Notes: generated from the sequence alone by a model not told the origin. 64,000 bases of DNA from Spirochaetota bacterium (GCA_963664815.2 CAXXHB010000003.1:2432001-2496000), one strand, 5' to 3'; shown: positions 38,635 through 49,150, counted from the first letter of the stretch. Numbers and translations: made by a program.

Positions 38635-41019
38635 ATGAACTATAACGATAACAGTAAAAAATTCATAGCCGGTGGAGCAGTATTGGCATTAACTGCCGGC
38701 ATCATTTACCTTCTTTTTTTCAGATCACCGGATTATGCTGACAACATAAGCGATCTTCGAATTAAACAGATTGAGCTCTACTCAAACCTCCTCGATACTG
38801 ATCCGGGTAATATCGGTATAATGCTTAAAATTGCCGATCTTTACAAATCTTTAGGTGAGTATGGTAAAGCCGTCAGTTATTACAATAAAATATTGAAGAT
38901 TGATCCAAACAACTACGATGCTCTTAACGGTCTTGGCCATGCTTATGCGCTTGACCGGGATTATGACAAAGCCATTAAAATATTTGAAATAGCAAAAGGT
39001 AAAAAACCATCTATACCTGCTGCCTACAATAAACTCGGCAATGTATATGATTCAAAATCAGAGCTTGAAAAGGCCCTGAACGAATATAAGGCTGCTCAGA
39101 AAATTGCCCCGAAGGATCAGGAAAGTTACAAGAATATTGCGAATCAGAAACTTTCCAAAGGTGATACTGTTGGAGCTATAAAAATAGTTGAGCAGGGTAT
39201 AAACAACAATCCTGGTGATGCCGAGGGATACTATAACCTTGGAAATCTTCACCTTAAAGCCGGTCAAAATGGAAAAGCTAAAGAGAAATTCAATAAAGCA
39301 ATAGGATTAAACTCCAGAACAGGAAAGTATTACAAAGGTCTTGGCGATAGTGAATATAAAATGGGAAATATGGATAATGCAGTTGCAGCATATAAAAAAG
39401 CGCTTGAACTCGAAGCAAACGATGCCGCTTCAGCTGAAAGACTTGGTGATATAGAACTTACCAAAAAAGATTTTGAAGGGGCGGCAGGATATTACAGAAA
39501 AGGCCTCGAATATGATTCAGACAATAAAAGTATCAGGAAGAAGTATAATTATGCAATGAATGAACTGGAAAAACTGAAAAAGAAAAAGGATTCAGACATA
39601 GCTGCAACTCAGAATAAACCTGATAATAAAACTGATAATACAACTGTTGTGAATGATCCGGTAAAGCAGGATAATCCTGCAGATATAGCCAATGGAGACA
39701 GCTCGGTAAAAAAAACAAAAACCAATGATGTAAACAAGGATGCCCAGAAATGGAGAGAGATAGGAGATAATCACAGGGAGAAAAAGGAATTTGATGACGC
39801 TGTTAAAGCCTATAGAAAAGCTGTTGAACTTGATAAAAATGATGATCACTCCTATTACTGGCAGGGCAGGATATATACTCATCAGAAAGCATATGATGAA
39901 GCTAAAAAAGCATTTCAGAATGCAATTGCAGCAAATCCCAATAACAGCGATTCTTATTACAGACTTGGTTACCTCCAATACATAGATAAGAAATACAAGG
40001 ATTCGATTCAATCATTCAGCAATGCCATATCGCACGATCCTAATCACGCCAAGGCATATTATGCCAGAGGCTTGTCCAGCCAGCAGACGAATGACAAGTC
40101 AAAAGCAATTGCAGACTTCCAGAAATCTGTTTCTATTGATCCGAAGATGGACAGGGCTCATTTCAGTATCGGGACAATACAGCTTGAATCGAAAAACTAT
40201 AACGAGGCACTTAAGAGTTTCACAAAAGATCTTGAGCTTAGACCTGATAATCCTGAGACAAACTTTAAAATTGCCGAAACTTACCATGAAATGAAAAGTT
40301 ATAATAATGCTTCAAATTATTACCAGAAAACGATTCAGAAAGAACCGAATCACTTCCAGGCTTATTTTAACCTTGGTCTTATCAACCAGCAGAAAAAAAA
40401 TTACAACGAAGCGATCCCCCTCTTTGAAAAAGCCTCATCTATTAAAGGTGGAGATGCCGCCTCCTTATATGAAACCGGAAAAGCATATGAAGGATTAAAT
40501 AATGACATTAAAGCAATCGAAAGCTATGAAAAAGCTGTATCAATTAATCCATCCTATACCAATGCTTACATCAATCTCGGCAGCCTCTATTCCGGTAAAA
40601 AACTTTACGACAAAGCAGTAGAGCAGTTCAGGAAAGCCGCCGATAATTCGCCAAGATCATACAGTGCACATTACAATCTTGCGAATGCATACAGAGAGAT
40701 GAAAATGTTTAATGAGGCAGTAGAAGAATATAATGTAGCTCTTACAATCAGCCCTCTTGAATATAAAGCTCATTTTGATCTTGGTATAGCATACAGGGAT
40801 CAGAATAATTTTACAAGTGCCGTCTCATCATTTGAAAAATCGATACAGATCAACAACAGCCAGGTAGAGCCTCATGAAGAACTGGGAATGATCTATTACA
40901 GGAATCTCAAAGATAACCAGAAAGCTGTATATCATTTTGAAAAAGTACTCTCGATGAAACCGAATCATCCAGATGCTGATAAAATGAAATCTATCATAAA
41001 TCTTATTAAGGGTAAATAG
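38635..41019 (+). CDS. Large membrane-anchored TPR protein
   Basis: N-terminal TM, two TPR arrays (well over a dozen 34-aa repeats in total) split by a polar N/D/K/T linker. Confidence 0.9.
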   Translation: MNYNDNSKKFIAGGAVLALTAGIIYLLFFRSPDYADNISDLRIKQIELYSNLLDTDPGNIGIMLKIADLYKSLGEYGKAVSYYNKILKIDPNNYDALNGLGHAYALDRDYDKAIKIFEIAKGKKPSIPAAYNKLGNVYDSKSELEKALNEYKAAQKIAPKDQESYKNIANQKLSKGDTVGAIKIVEQGINNNPGDAEGYYNLGNLHLKAGQNGKAKEKFNKAIGLNSRTGKYYKGLGDSEYKMGNMDNAVAAYKKALELEANDAASAERLGDIELTKKDFEGAAGYYRKGLEYDSDNKSIRKKYNYAMNELEKLKKKKDSDIAATQNKPDNKTDNTTVVNDPVKQDNPADIANGDSSVKKTKTNDVNKDAQKWREIGDNHREKKEFDDAVKAYRKAVELDKNDDHSYYWQGRIYTHQKAYDEAKKAFQNAIAANPNNSDSYYRLGYLQYIDKKYKDSIQSFSNAISHDPNHAKAYYARGLSSQQTNDKSKAIADFQKSVSIDPKMDRAHFSIGTIQLESKNYNEALKSFTKDLELRPDNPETNFKIAETYHEMKSYNNASNYYQKTIQKEPNHFQAYFNLGLINQQKKNYNEAIPLFEKASSIKGGDAASLYETGKAYEGLNNDIKAIESYEKAVSINPSYTNAYINLGSLYSGKKLYDKAVEQFRKAADNSPRSYSAHYNLANAYREMKMFNEAVEEYNVALTISPLEYKAHFDLGIAYRDQNNFTSAVSSFEKSIQINNSQVEPHEELGMIYYRNLKDNQKAVYHFEKVLSMKPNHPDADKMKSIINLIKGK

Positions 41020-41454
41020 ATGAAAAATGTTTTTTTCCCTCTAATGCTATTATTTATTTTCAGTTCCTGTGTATCACACGATTTAAAGGAACCCTATAAA
41101 TCTAATTTTACAACATCCGGCGCATTAACTGATGACTGTTTCCAGGTTATAATTACAACACCGCCTGACAAAAATCTGAAAATTATGGCAGATCAGCGCG
41201 AAAATTCACTTATGAAAGCTAAAAACATTATTAAAGACGAAACCGAAAAACAGATAATTTCATATTACCTGTCATCAAAATCAATAAATAATGATAATCT
41301 TACGGAAGATAAAAGTAATATTATTAAAATAAAAGCTTTAAAATATGTTGAATATGGAAAAATTGAACATGAATACTTTTTGATCGATAATTCAGTAGTT
41401 ATCATATTCAGGATATTTAAAAAGGGGATAAAAAACGAAATTCTGAATTTTTAA
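41020..41454 (+). CDS. Hypothetical lipoprotein
   Basis: Lipobox LFIFSS-C; abuts the TPR gene stop. Confidence 0.72.
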   Translation: MKNVFFPLMLLFIFSSCVSHDLKEPYKSNFTTSGALTDDCFQVIITTPPDKNLKIMADQRENSLMKAKNIIKDETEKQIISYYLSSKSINNDNLTEDKSNIIKIKALKYVEYGKIEHEYFLIDNSVVIIFRIFKKGIKNEILNF

Positions 41455-41504
41455 ACCTGCTTTCAGACTTTTATTTTTTTAATTATATTTTTTAACAGGA
41501 ATAT

Positions 41505-41536
41505 AACCTCACTTCTCACAACAAGTGAGGTTTTTT
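41505..41536 (+). terminator. Rho-independent terminator
   Basis: AACCTCACTT-N8-AAGTGAGGTT followed by TTTT. Confidence 0.75.
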
Positions 41537-41599
41537 AAATTATATTTTTTTAAAATACATATATGAACAGCAATTATTTCTGATTTTACATATATACAT

Positions 41600-41626
41600 T
41601 CAATTTCACTGATTAAAAACCGATAA
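41600..41626 (+). promoter_or_regulatory. Sigma28 (FliA)-like promoter
   Basis: TCAA (41600) -N15- ACCGATAA (41619). Confidence 0.5.
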
Positions 41627-41751
41627 TAAAATAAAGATCATTATACAAAGAATGTGTTAAATTCTTATATTGCCCTACATAAACGGCATTATATATATCA
41701 ATTTTAATACAGTTTTATTTATTAATATATCTTATTTAAAAGAGGTTTATC

Positions 41752-42192
41752 ATGGGAAAAAAATGTTTAATTCTCTGCATGGTATTATTTTTATTAACTT
41801 TTCTGGTACAAAATTGCTTAACAGAATCAAAGAAAAAGCCTGTGAATGATAATACAGATATAAAAAATGGACTGAATGAATCATTCCGAAAAACCGGATG
41901 GATTTCGGAGAATAAGTACAGGGCTGTAGTGTTTATTATAACAAATGAAGAATGTGAAAAAAGCACTGCTTCAGAAATTGAAGAAAAAATAAAATATGAA
42001 GCTTACAAATTTTTACAGAAAGAGCTAAATCCATCTTTTAACAGAAATGCCTTTATACAAATTAAAGGACTCTCTGATAATTTCGGTAAACTTATAAAAG
42101 TTGATAAAGATTGTGTTGATGGAAATATTTATTTTTTTGATATTGAGAAAAAAGATCTTAAAGCAGATTTTGAAAAAATAAAAAATTTATAA
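41752..42192 (+). CDS. Hypothetical lipoprotein, distant paralogue of 41020-41454
   Basis: GAGG SD; spirochaete-style lipobox FLVQN-C; TGWISENKYRAV motif. Confidence 0.72.
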   Translation: MGKKCLILCMVLFLLTFLVQNCLTESKKKPVNDNTDIKNGLNESFRKTGWISENKYRAVVFIITNEECEKSTASEIEEKIKYEAYKFLQKELNPSFNRNAFIQIKGLSDNFGKLIKVDKDCVDGNIYFFDIEKKDLKADFEKIKNL

Positions 42193-42211
42193 ATAGAGTG
42201 GTGACTTACTG

Positions 42212-43963
42212 ATGAAATCAATAAAAGTATTTTCTCTGATTTTTATTCTGCTTGGTTTTTATATCAATTCTCAGGCAGATACAGTTATTAAAAATAAACA
42301 ATCGCGGGCAATAGAGAAAATTATTGAGATTCAGGATAATAAAAACGTCTGCAAAGATATTGCAGAAATTGTAAACTACATTGATGATGTATACGGGAAC
42401 CTTTATTCTTCGCTTGAAAACGGAGGGAAAATCACATTATATTTCGGTCCTGCACATGGAAAAGATGATACTGAAAGATGGAGAGGAATCACAACCAACA
42501 GAGTCGGGGTTACAGGTCTTCCTGAAGAACATTACTCCAGGCTCTATGCAAGGAAACTCTACAATTTACTGAAACAAAATCCCTTTATAAATATTGCAGC
42601 AAGCGATGAGTATCTCCAGGTGCTGGAAGGTAAAACCGATTCATATCATTACATGAAATTCAAAGATGTAATGAATAACGCTAAAAATTCAGGCGCTTTT
42701 ATGGTTATGGAAATGCATATGAACAATGTTTCAATTTTCAGTAAAGCAGATGGTCTTGTCAATATGCCGGGTATACATATGGCCAGAGACAGCAGCGGCA
42801 GAAAGCTTCTTATAAATATAACAGGTACCTTTTCAGGTTTTTTAACACTATATAACAAATATGATGCCTGCGGTTTTTCGCGTCAGTATGCATTGAATAT
42901 CCGCGATTCACTTGTATCAAAGGGATACAAAGCAAATGGCTGGGATTATGGCGCTGTGGCAGATGACAGATTTACATATTATCTTAATTTCCCGGTTTCA
43001 GTTATATATGAATGCGGGTTTATCTCTCACCCTGTTGAAGAAAAAAAGCTTATTGATCCCGAATATATGGATGGAATGGTCAAAGCCCAGTATGAAATGC
43101 TTTTAAAAACATTTTATGATCTTTACGGCATAGATATTTCAAAAAAAGAATTCAGGGGCAAACGTAAAGATTTTAAAGATGATATTGAGATTCTCAAACT
43201 TGCAAGGCTTGTGATTTACTTTATCCAGAATGCCAATACAGAGAGTGCTAATCTGGCCGTTAAATTTATGAAAAATCTCTATTACAACTCACATACAAAA
43301 GATTCAGTCAATTATTATGCTTCAATAATAAGTACTATAAATCATGCTGAAAGCTATTACACCAAAGGGATTAAATTTAAAAATAAAAATAAATTCAATA
43401 AAGCCCGGACATGTTTTGTTAACGCAAAAGAATCCTTAAACAGAAATGAAATGTATTCTGCCTACAAGGACAAATATAATACTGCAATTTACGGTAATAA
43501 AAAGAACCGCTCTTCATCAAGTGATACCCCCGGTAATGACCGAATATCCGATAAAAAACCTGGTGAAACAGCAATACAGGTTAAACCATCGTCTATTACC
43601 AAACCTTTTATACTTTCAGTCAGCAACGGGGAAGATCTTAATAATGCCATACTTGAATCACTTGAACCAGATGCAGCAAAGCTTAAGATTATTTCTGATT
43701 CATTAAAAAATTATAAAACAGTTACAAAAATCAGTAAACGCTATTATTCATCTAAAAAACGTAAGTATATTACATCTTCTGAGAATAAATATAGAGATTA
43801 TGAATTTAAATCAGGAATTTTTCTTGTAGAGCTGGACAAAAATATGAAAGTGGTAAAAGCAAGAAAGGTTTCATCGGTATATCTTGATCCTAATAAATAC
43901 CAGAATCAGCAATATCTTAAAAACTCATATTTTACACAAATTGAACAGCAAAAAAATATATAA
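42212..43963 (+). CDS. Exported N-acetylmuramoyl-L-alanine amidase (Amidase_3-like) with long basic C-terminal extension
   Basis: Signal peptide; Zn-amidase motifs FGPAHG, LPEEHY, MEMHMN, VIYECGFISHPVEEKKL. Confidence 0.7.
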   Translation: MKSIKVFSLIFILLGFYINSQADTVIKNKQSRAIEKIIEIQDNKNVCKDIAEIVNYIDDVYGNLYSSLENGGKITLYFGPAHGKDDTERWRGITTNRVGVTGLPEEHYSRLYARKLYNLLKQNPFINIAASDEYLQVLEGKTDSYHYMKFKDVMNNAKNSGAFMVMEMHMNNVSIFSKADGLVNMPGIHMARDSSGRKLLINITGTFSGFLTLYNKYDACGFSRQYALNIRDSLVSKGYKANGWDYGAVADDRFTYYLNFPVSVIYECGFISHPVEEKKLIDPEYMDGMVKAQYEMLLKTFYDLYGIDISKKEFRGKRKDFKDDIEILKLARLVIYFIQNANTESANLAVKFMKNLYYNSHTKDSVNYYASIISTINHAESYYTKGIKFKNKNKFNKARTCFVNAKESLNRNEMYSAYKDKYNTAIYGNKKNRSSSSDTPGNDRISDKKPGETAIQVKPSSITKPFILSVSNGEDLNNAILESLEPDAAKLKIISDSLKNYKTVTKISKRYYSSKKRKYITSSENKYRDYEFKSGIFLVELDKNMKVVKARKVSSVYLDPNKYQNQQYLKNSYFTQIEQQKNI

Positions 43964-44900
43964 TACAGTTGAATGGCATGGCAAGCCATACAATTTTTTT
44001 GGAGATTATCTTTTTGACCGGTATTTATGCAGAATTCTAAAACTCCCGATAAATGCCGGTTTGTCATGCCCAAACAGAGATGGAACAACAGGGACGACAG
44101 GTTGTGTTTTCTGCTCGGATGATGGATCGGCCTCCCCTACTACGACAGGCATTGATTCGATCCTGCTTCAAATGGAAAATGCCAGGAATTCATTAAGGCG
44201 TTCAGACATATCTACAGAATATATCGCATACTTTCAGGCATTCTCAAACACATATGCACCTCTTCACGTTCTCGAAAAACTATATGACGAAGCTGTTTCC
44301 TTTCCCGGCATTAAAGGACTGATGATAGGCACACGCCCTGACTGTATCAGCAGAGATATACTCTCTCTTATTAAAAAGTATAAAAAAGATAATTTTGAGT
44401 TATGGATTGAACTTGGAATACAGTCCATACATAATCGAAGCCTTGAATTTTTAAAACGCGGGCATACTGCCGAGAAATGCATTGAAACGATCGGTCTTAT
44501 TTCTGAATATGACATTCCGATCTGTGTTCATGTGATTCTGGGAATCCCCGGTGAAACATGGGATGACATGATGAATACAGCAGATAAAATATCATCACTC
44601 CCTGTTAATGGCATTAAAATACATCATATGCATATTATTAAAAACACAGAGCTTGAAATCATATATAACCGTGAACATTTCAACCTGATTTCACTCAGGG
44701 AGTACGTATCAACCGTTTGTGATTTTATTGAAAGACTTCGTCCCGACATAACAATACACAGGCTAATGGGCGACAGAAGTGAAAATTCACTGATTCATCC
44801 CAGATGGAGCGTTCATAAGGGCACTGTTATCAATGCAATAGATGATGAATTCAGGAGAAGATCGACATTTCAGGGTTTTCTTTACGATAGGGAGTTTTAA
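43884..44900 (+). CDS. TIGR01212 (YhcC/YtqA) radical SAM protein; start uncertain (TTG 43884 or 43941)
   Basis: CPNRDG...GCVFC, AYFQAFSNTY, IGTRPDC, ELGIQS, HVILGIPGE, GIKIH, IHRL. Confidence 0.92.
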   Translation: MILINTRISNILKTHILHKLNSKKIYNTVEWHGKPYNFFGDYLFDRYLCRILKLPINAGLSCPNRDGTTGTTGCVFCSDDGSASPTTTGIDSILLQMENARNSLRRSDISTEYIAYFQAFSNTYAPLHVLEKLYDEAVSFPGIKGLMIGTRPDCISRDILSLIKKYKKDNFELWIELGIQSIHNRSLEFLKRGHTAEKCIETIGLISEYDIPICVHVILGIPGETWDDMMNTADKISSLPVNGIKIHHMHIIKNTELEIIYNREHFNLISLREYVSTVCDFIERLRPDITIHRLMGDRSENSLIHPRWSVHKGTVINAIDDEFRRRSTFQGFLYDREF

Positions 44901-45956
44901 ATGAAAATTGCTGTTGCAATGAGCGGAGGGATTGATTCATCAGTAACAGCCGTTATGCTGAAAAACGCCGGCCATGATGTTATCGGCATTACTGCAAGAT
45001 TCCTGCCTCGATCCGATATAAATGATGAAGTGTATAAAACAGCCGTTACTGATGCGAAGAAAATTGCCGATCTATATAGCTTTCTCCACTTTGAGTATGA
45101 TTTTTCCGAAGAGTTTCAGAAAACTGTTATTAACTATTTCTGCGAGGAATATCTTGCAGGAAAGACGCCCAATCCATGTATACACTGCAACAGGTACATC
45201 AAGTTTCCGGAAATGATTGCGGCAGCAGATAATCTTGGATGCGATCTTATAGCGACAGGCCACTATGTTATAAAAAAACATTCGGACAACAGATTATATC
45301 TCTCAATGTCACCGGACAATTCAAAAGATCAGTCGTATTTTTTATTCATGCTGACACAGGAACAACTAACAAAATCGGTTTTCCCGCTGGGGAATATGAC
45401 AAAAAATGATATAAGGCTTTTTGCAAAAGACTTAAACCTTCCTGTTAAAGATAAAGCTGACAGCCAGGAGATATGTTTTATCCCGGATAATGATTATATC
45501 CGGTTTATTGAAGATCATACCTGTACAAAACCTGTACCTGGTAATATTATGAATTCAAACGGGCAGATTATAGGTAGACATAACGGGATCTACCGTTATA
45601 CTATCGGGCAGAGGAGAGGAATGGGAATATCCTCACCTGTTCCCCTTTACGTTACATGCATAGATCCTGTTAAAAATCAGATTCTTGCCGGACCGAAAGA
45701 GGAACTATGTATCAGGTATTTTGAGACAAAAAACAGCTTTCACATGAAATATGAAATTGAAAAAGATGTTACACTTATGATAAAATGCAGATCTACACAA
45801 AAACCTGTTGAAGGGTCAGTTTCAAGAAGCGGAGATATATTCAAAGTTACTTTCACAGAACCTCAATCAGGTATCTCACCGGGTCAGGCAGCAGTTTTTT
45901 ATGATATGGAAAACGATATAATCGGAGGCGGGATAATAGATAAGGCATATAATTAA
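44901..45956 (+). CDS. mnmA: tRNA-specific 2-thiouridylase MnmA
   Basis: AMSGGIDS, TPNPCIHCN, ATGHY, KDQSYFL, DSQEICF, YTIGQRRG, PGQAAVFY. Confidence 0.96.
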   Translation: MKIAVAMSGGIDSSVTAVMLKNAGHDVIGITARFLPRSDINDEVYKTAVTDAKKIADLYSFLHFEYDFSEEFQKTVINYFCEEYLAGKTPNPCIHCNRYIKFPEMIAAADNLGCDLIATGHYVIKKHSDNRLYLSMSPDNSKDQSYFLFMLTQEQLTKSVFPLGNMTKNDIRLFAKDLNLPVKDKADSQEICFIPDNDYIRFIEDHTCTKPVPGNIMNSNGQIIGRHNGIYRYTIGQRRGMGISSPVPLYVTCIDPVKNQILAGPKEELCIRYFETKNSFHMKYEIEKDVTLMIKCRSTQKPVEGSVSRSGDIFKVTFTEPQSGISPGQAAVFYDMENDIIGGGIIDKAYN

Positions 45957-46912
45957 TCATCCTTGCCCTTATCTTTGTTCATGCCGGAGTGCGGATGATA
46001 CTGTTCATATACCTTCTTTAACCGGGCCTTTGTTGTGTGAGTATATATTTGTGTTGTTGAAAGGCTTTTATGACCCAGCATCTCCTGCACAGCCCTGATA
46101 TCAGCGCCATTATTTAAGAGTTCAGTTGCGAAGCTATGCCTCAAGGTGTGAGGTGACAGTTTATATGAAAGGCCGGCCTCTGCTGCCCGTTTCATTATAA
46201 GATTATACATCCCTTTTACTGAAATCCCTTTGCCAAATTTATTTACAAAAATAAATTCTGATTTAACATTAAACTTAAGATCTCTTTCCCTGAGATACTT
46301 TTTCATTATACTTACAGTTTCATCTGTCAGGAAAAGTATTCTCTCAATGCTTCCTTTACCTGAAACTTTTAACCGGCCGGAATGAAGATCCAGATCAGCA
46401 ATTAAAGAATTTGAAATTTCTGATATTCTTGCGCCGGTTGAATAAAACATTGTTACTGCTGCTTTATCTCTCAGATCAAAAAAATCATTTATCTCAAAAT
46501 CAACAAGTTCTTCATATTCTTTAAAATAAAGAAACTTTGGCAGTCGCTTTTCTTTTTTTGGATAAATCAGTTTCCTTGAGGGATTTACAGATATAAAATT
46601 ATTTCTATGAAGGTAGTTAAAAAATGATTTAATTACGGCAACTTTTCTCTCAATTGATGAACGTTTAAGCTCTCTGTCATAACAGTATTCCAGAAAACTT
46701 CTCAGGTCGCTTATTGTTACTGTCGAAATATCAGGTTCGTTATTGACTATTTTACAGTCGATTTCATAGTATTCTTTTAAATTATCTTCTATATTTCCTG
46801 TAAGAAAATCAGCAACCTGCATAAGATCAGTACGATAATCTCCGGAGGTATTGCTTGAGTAGTTCTTTTCGAAGGTGATGTAATCGAGAAAAGAATCAAT
46901 CAGGTTATACAT
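45953..46912 (-). CDS. xerC: Tyrosine recombinase XerC
   Basis: Catalytic R (TGARISE), K (GKG), HTLRHSFAT, LGH, TTQIYTH; conserved position after topA. Confidence 0.88.
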   Translation of the reverse strand: MYNLIDSFLDYITFEKNYSSNTSGDYRTDLMQVADFLTGNIEDNLKEYYEIDCKIVNNEPDISTVTISDLRSFLEYCYDRELKRSSIERKVAVIKSFFNYLHRNNFISVNPSRKLIYPKKEKRLPKFLYFKEYEELVDFEINDFFDLRDKAAVTMFYSTGARISEISNSLIADLDLHSGRLKVSGKGSIERILFLTDETVSIMKKYLRERDLKFNVKSEFIFVNKFGKGISVKGMYNLIMKRAAEAGLSYKLSPHTLRHSFATELLNNGADIRAVQEMLGHKSLSTTQIYTHTTKARLKKVYEQYHPHSGMNKDKGKDD

Positions 46913-46917
46913 TACTT

Positions 46918-49032
46918 TTATATATCTTCTTCGGAAACTTCCGTTGCAGATACTTCGTCAAGGAGTTCAATTCTGAATCCGCAATCCGGACTGAAACATA
47001 TAAGCTCCTCTCCTCTCCCTTTTATCTTTTTTGTAAATAAAAGTTTTCCGCATTTCGGGCAGTCTTTATCAGATGGGGTATCCCGCGTTATGAAATCACA
47101 TTCAGGATAGTTGCTGCATCCGAAAAACCCTCCACGTTTCCCGCCTGCTCCTCTCTTGACTACATTTCCATCGCACTTCGGACATCCCCCCAGAGGAAGA
47201 GATTTGGCGTTTCTGCACTCAGGGAAGCCGGCGCATGCGAGAAAAAAACCGAACCGTCCCAGCTTTTTCATCATTTTCTTTCCGCATTTTTCACAGACAT
47301 GATCGGTTTCTTCATCAAGGATTCCTTTCATCTCCTCAATGTTTACTTCAGCAAGATCAACTGATTCTTTAAACGGGGTGTAGAATTCACCGAGCATCTT
47401 TATCCAGTCAGTTTCCGAAGCTTCTATCCTGTCCAGTTTCTCCTCCATTCCTGCAGTAAAATCTATCGAAACAAGTGACCCGAAATTTCCAGACATAATA
47501 TCGTTTACGATTTTCCCCAGAAGAGTCGGAACAAGCTGTTTCCCGGATCTGGTTATATAATATCTCCGTGTAAGTGTGTCAATTGTAGGGGCATATGTCG
47601 ATGGCCTTCCTATACCTGACTCTTCCAGAAATTTAACAAGAGATGCATCGTTAAATCTTGGCGGTGGTGTTGTAAAATGCTGTTCCGGTTTAAGAATACT
47701 AACAGGAACTATATCACCCTCCTTCAGTACAGGCAGAGAATTTTTTTCAGATTTACTCAATTTTTCAATTTCCGTAAATCCGGTAAATAAAACCTTGTTC
47801 CCTGTAGCCCTGAAAAGTGCTTTACCGCAGTTCAGGTTTACAGTCAGCGACTCAGTAACTTCCGGTGTCATCTGGCATGCGATAAATCTTCTCCAAATAA
47901 GATCATACAATCTGTACTGATCCCGGGTGAGATCGTCTTTAATTGATTCCGGAGTCTTATTTACATCTGCAGGCCTTATTGCTTCGTGTGCATCCTGCGA
48001 ATTTTTTTTAAGTTTGAATATATTAGGAGTATCAGGAAGGAACTCGGGCTTGTAATTAAGCTTGATATAATCTCTCGCCATTGCAACAGCATTATCAGAA
48101 ATACGGGTTGAATCTGTTCTCATGTAAGTGATAAGACCTGTTGCACCAAAGCCTTTCAGATCTACCCCTTCATACAGCTGTTGCGCTACAATCATTGTTT
48201 TCTTTGAAGTAAAGCCAAGCCTGTTTACAGCATCCTGCTGCAGTTTGCTTGTGATATATGGAGGTTGAGCTTTCCTCCTCCTCTCCTGTGTCTTTATATC
48301 TGTTACAACCAGGTCTTTTCCTGACACCTCAGATAAAACATCATCCATTTCGCTTTTATTTATGATTTTAATCTTATCATTATTATAATGTGTAAGCATC
48401 GCCTCAAATTTTTTACCATGATGGGAACATTCTGCTTCAAGAGTCCAGTATTCCTGGGGTATAAACTGATCTATATCACTCTCCCTGTCACATATAACCT
48501 TCAATGCGGCTGACTGCACACGTCCTGCAGACAAACCTCTCTTTACTTTTTTCCATAAAAGCGGGCTTATAGAGTATCCTACAATTCGATCGAGAAATCT
48601 CCTCGCCTGTTGAGCATTAACCAGATCAATATCGATATCCCTTGGGTGAGCTACCGCTTCTTTAACAGCTGCTTCAGTAATTTCATTAAACTCAATTCTT
48701 TTTATATCGCTGTTTTTCGCCGAAAGAGCGTTCGAAAGATGCCATGCTATTGCTTCACCTTCACGGTCAGGGTCAGTAGCCAGAAGAACATTTTTTACTA
48801 GAGATGCCTGTTTCTTCAGTTCATTAAGTATCTTCGCTTTGCCTCTGATTGTTATATATTCAGGTTTAAATTCGTTTTCTACATCTATAGCCAGGCGGGA
48901 CTTGGGGAGGTCAATTATATGGCCTACTGAGGATGATATTATATATTTATTACCAAGATACTTGTTTATTGTTTTTGCTTTAGATGGTGATTCAACAATA
49001 ACCAGTGTTTCAGGTTTTACTTTCTTTGTCAT
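46918..49032 (-). CDS. topA: DNA topoisomerase I
   Basis: IVESPSKAKTI, ATDPDREGEAI, SAGRVQS, ITYMRTDS, GIGRPSTY, C-terminal Zn ribbons. Confidence 0.97.
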   Translation of the reverse strand: MTKKVKPETLVIVESPSKAKTINKYLGNKYIISSSVGHIIDLPKSRLAIDVENEFKPEYITIRGKAKILNELKKQASLVKNVLLATDPDREGEAIAWHLSNALSAKNSDIKRIEFNEITEAAVKEAVAHPRDIDIDLVNAQQARRFLDRIVGYSISPLLWKKVKRGLSAGRVQSAALKVICDRESDIDQFIPQEYWTLEAECSHHGKKFEAMLTHYNNDKIKIINKSEMDDVLSEVSGKDLVVTDIKTQERRRKAQPPYITSKLQQDAVNRLGFTSKKTMIVAQQLYEGVDLKGFGATGLITYMRTDSTRISDNAVAMARDYIKLNYKPEFLPDTPNIFKLKKNSQDAHEAIRPADVNKTPESIKDDLTRDQYRLYDLIWRRFIACQMTPEVTESLTVNLNCGKALFRATGNKVLFTGFTEIEKLSKSEKNSLPVLKEGDIVPVSILKPEQHFTTPPPRFNDASLVKFLEESGIGRPSTYAPTIDTLTRRYYITRSGKQLVPTLLGKIVNDIMSGNFGSLVSIDFTAGMEEKLDRIEASETDWIKMLGEFYTPFKESVDLAEVNIEEMKGILDEETDHVCEKCGKKMMKKLGRFGFFLACAGFPECRNAKSLPLGGCPKCDGNVVKRGAGGKRGGFFGCSNYPECDFITRDTPSDKDCPKCGKLLFTKKIKGRGEELICFSPDCGFRIELLDEVSATEVSEEDI

Positions 49033-49150
49033 TTATGCTTTTCCAATGGATTTATATTTTTAACAAACATTCGCATCTGGAATAATTTGTCAAATAATTC
49101 TTTTATCGGCTTTTTTCGATTTTTTCCGGGAAATGTATATTACTATTACT

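Noticed and set aside
45953-46912. Tyrosine recombinase as an integrase of a mobile element
   Set aside because: It sits in the housekeeping dprA-topA-xerC context with no att repeats, tRNA or cargo.
49103-49129. GCCGATAA on the minus strand upstream of topA as a sigma28 promoter
   Set aside because: No TAAA-like -35 at the 15-nt spacing (CCGG instead).
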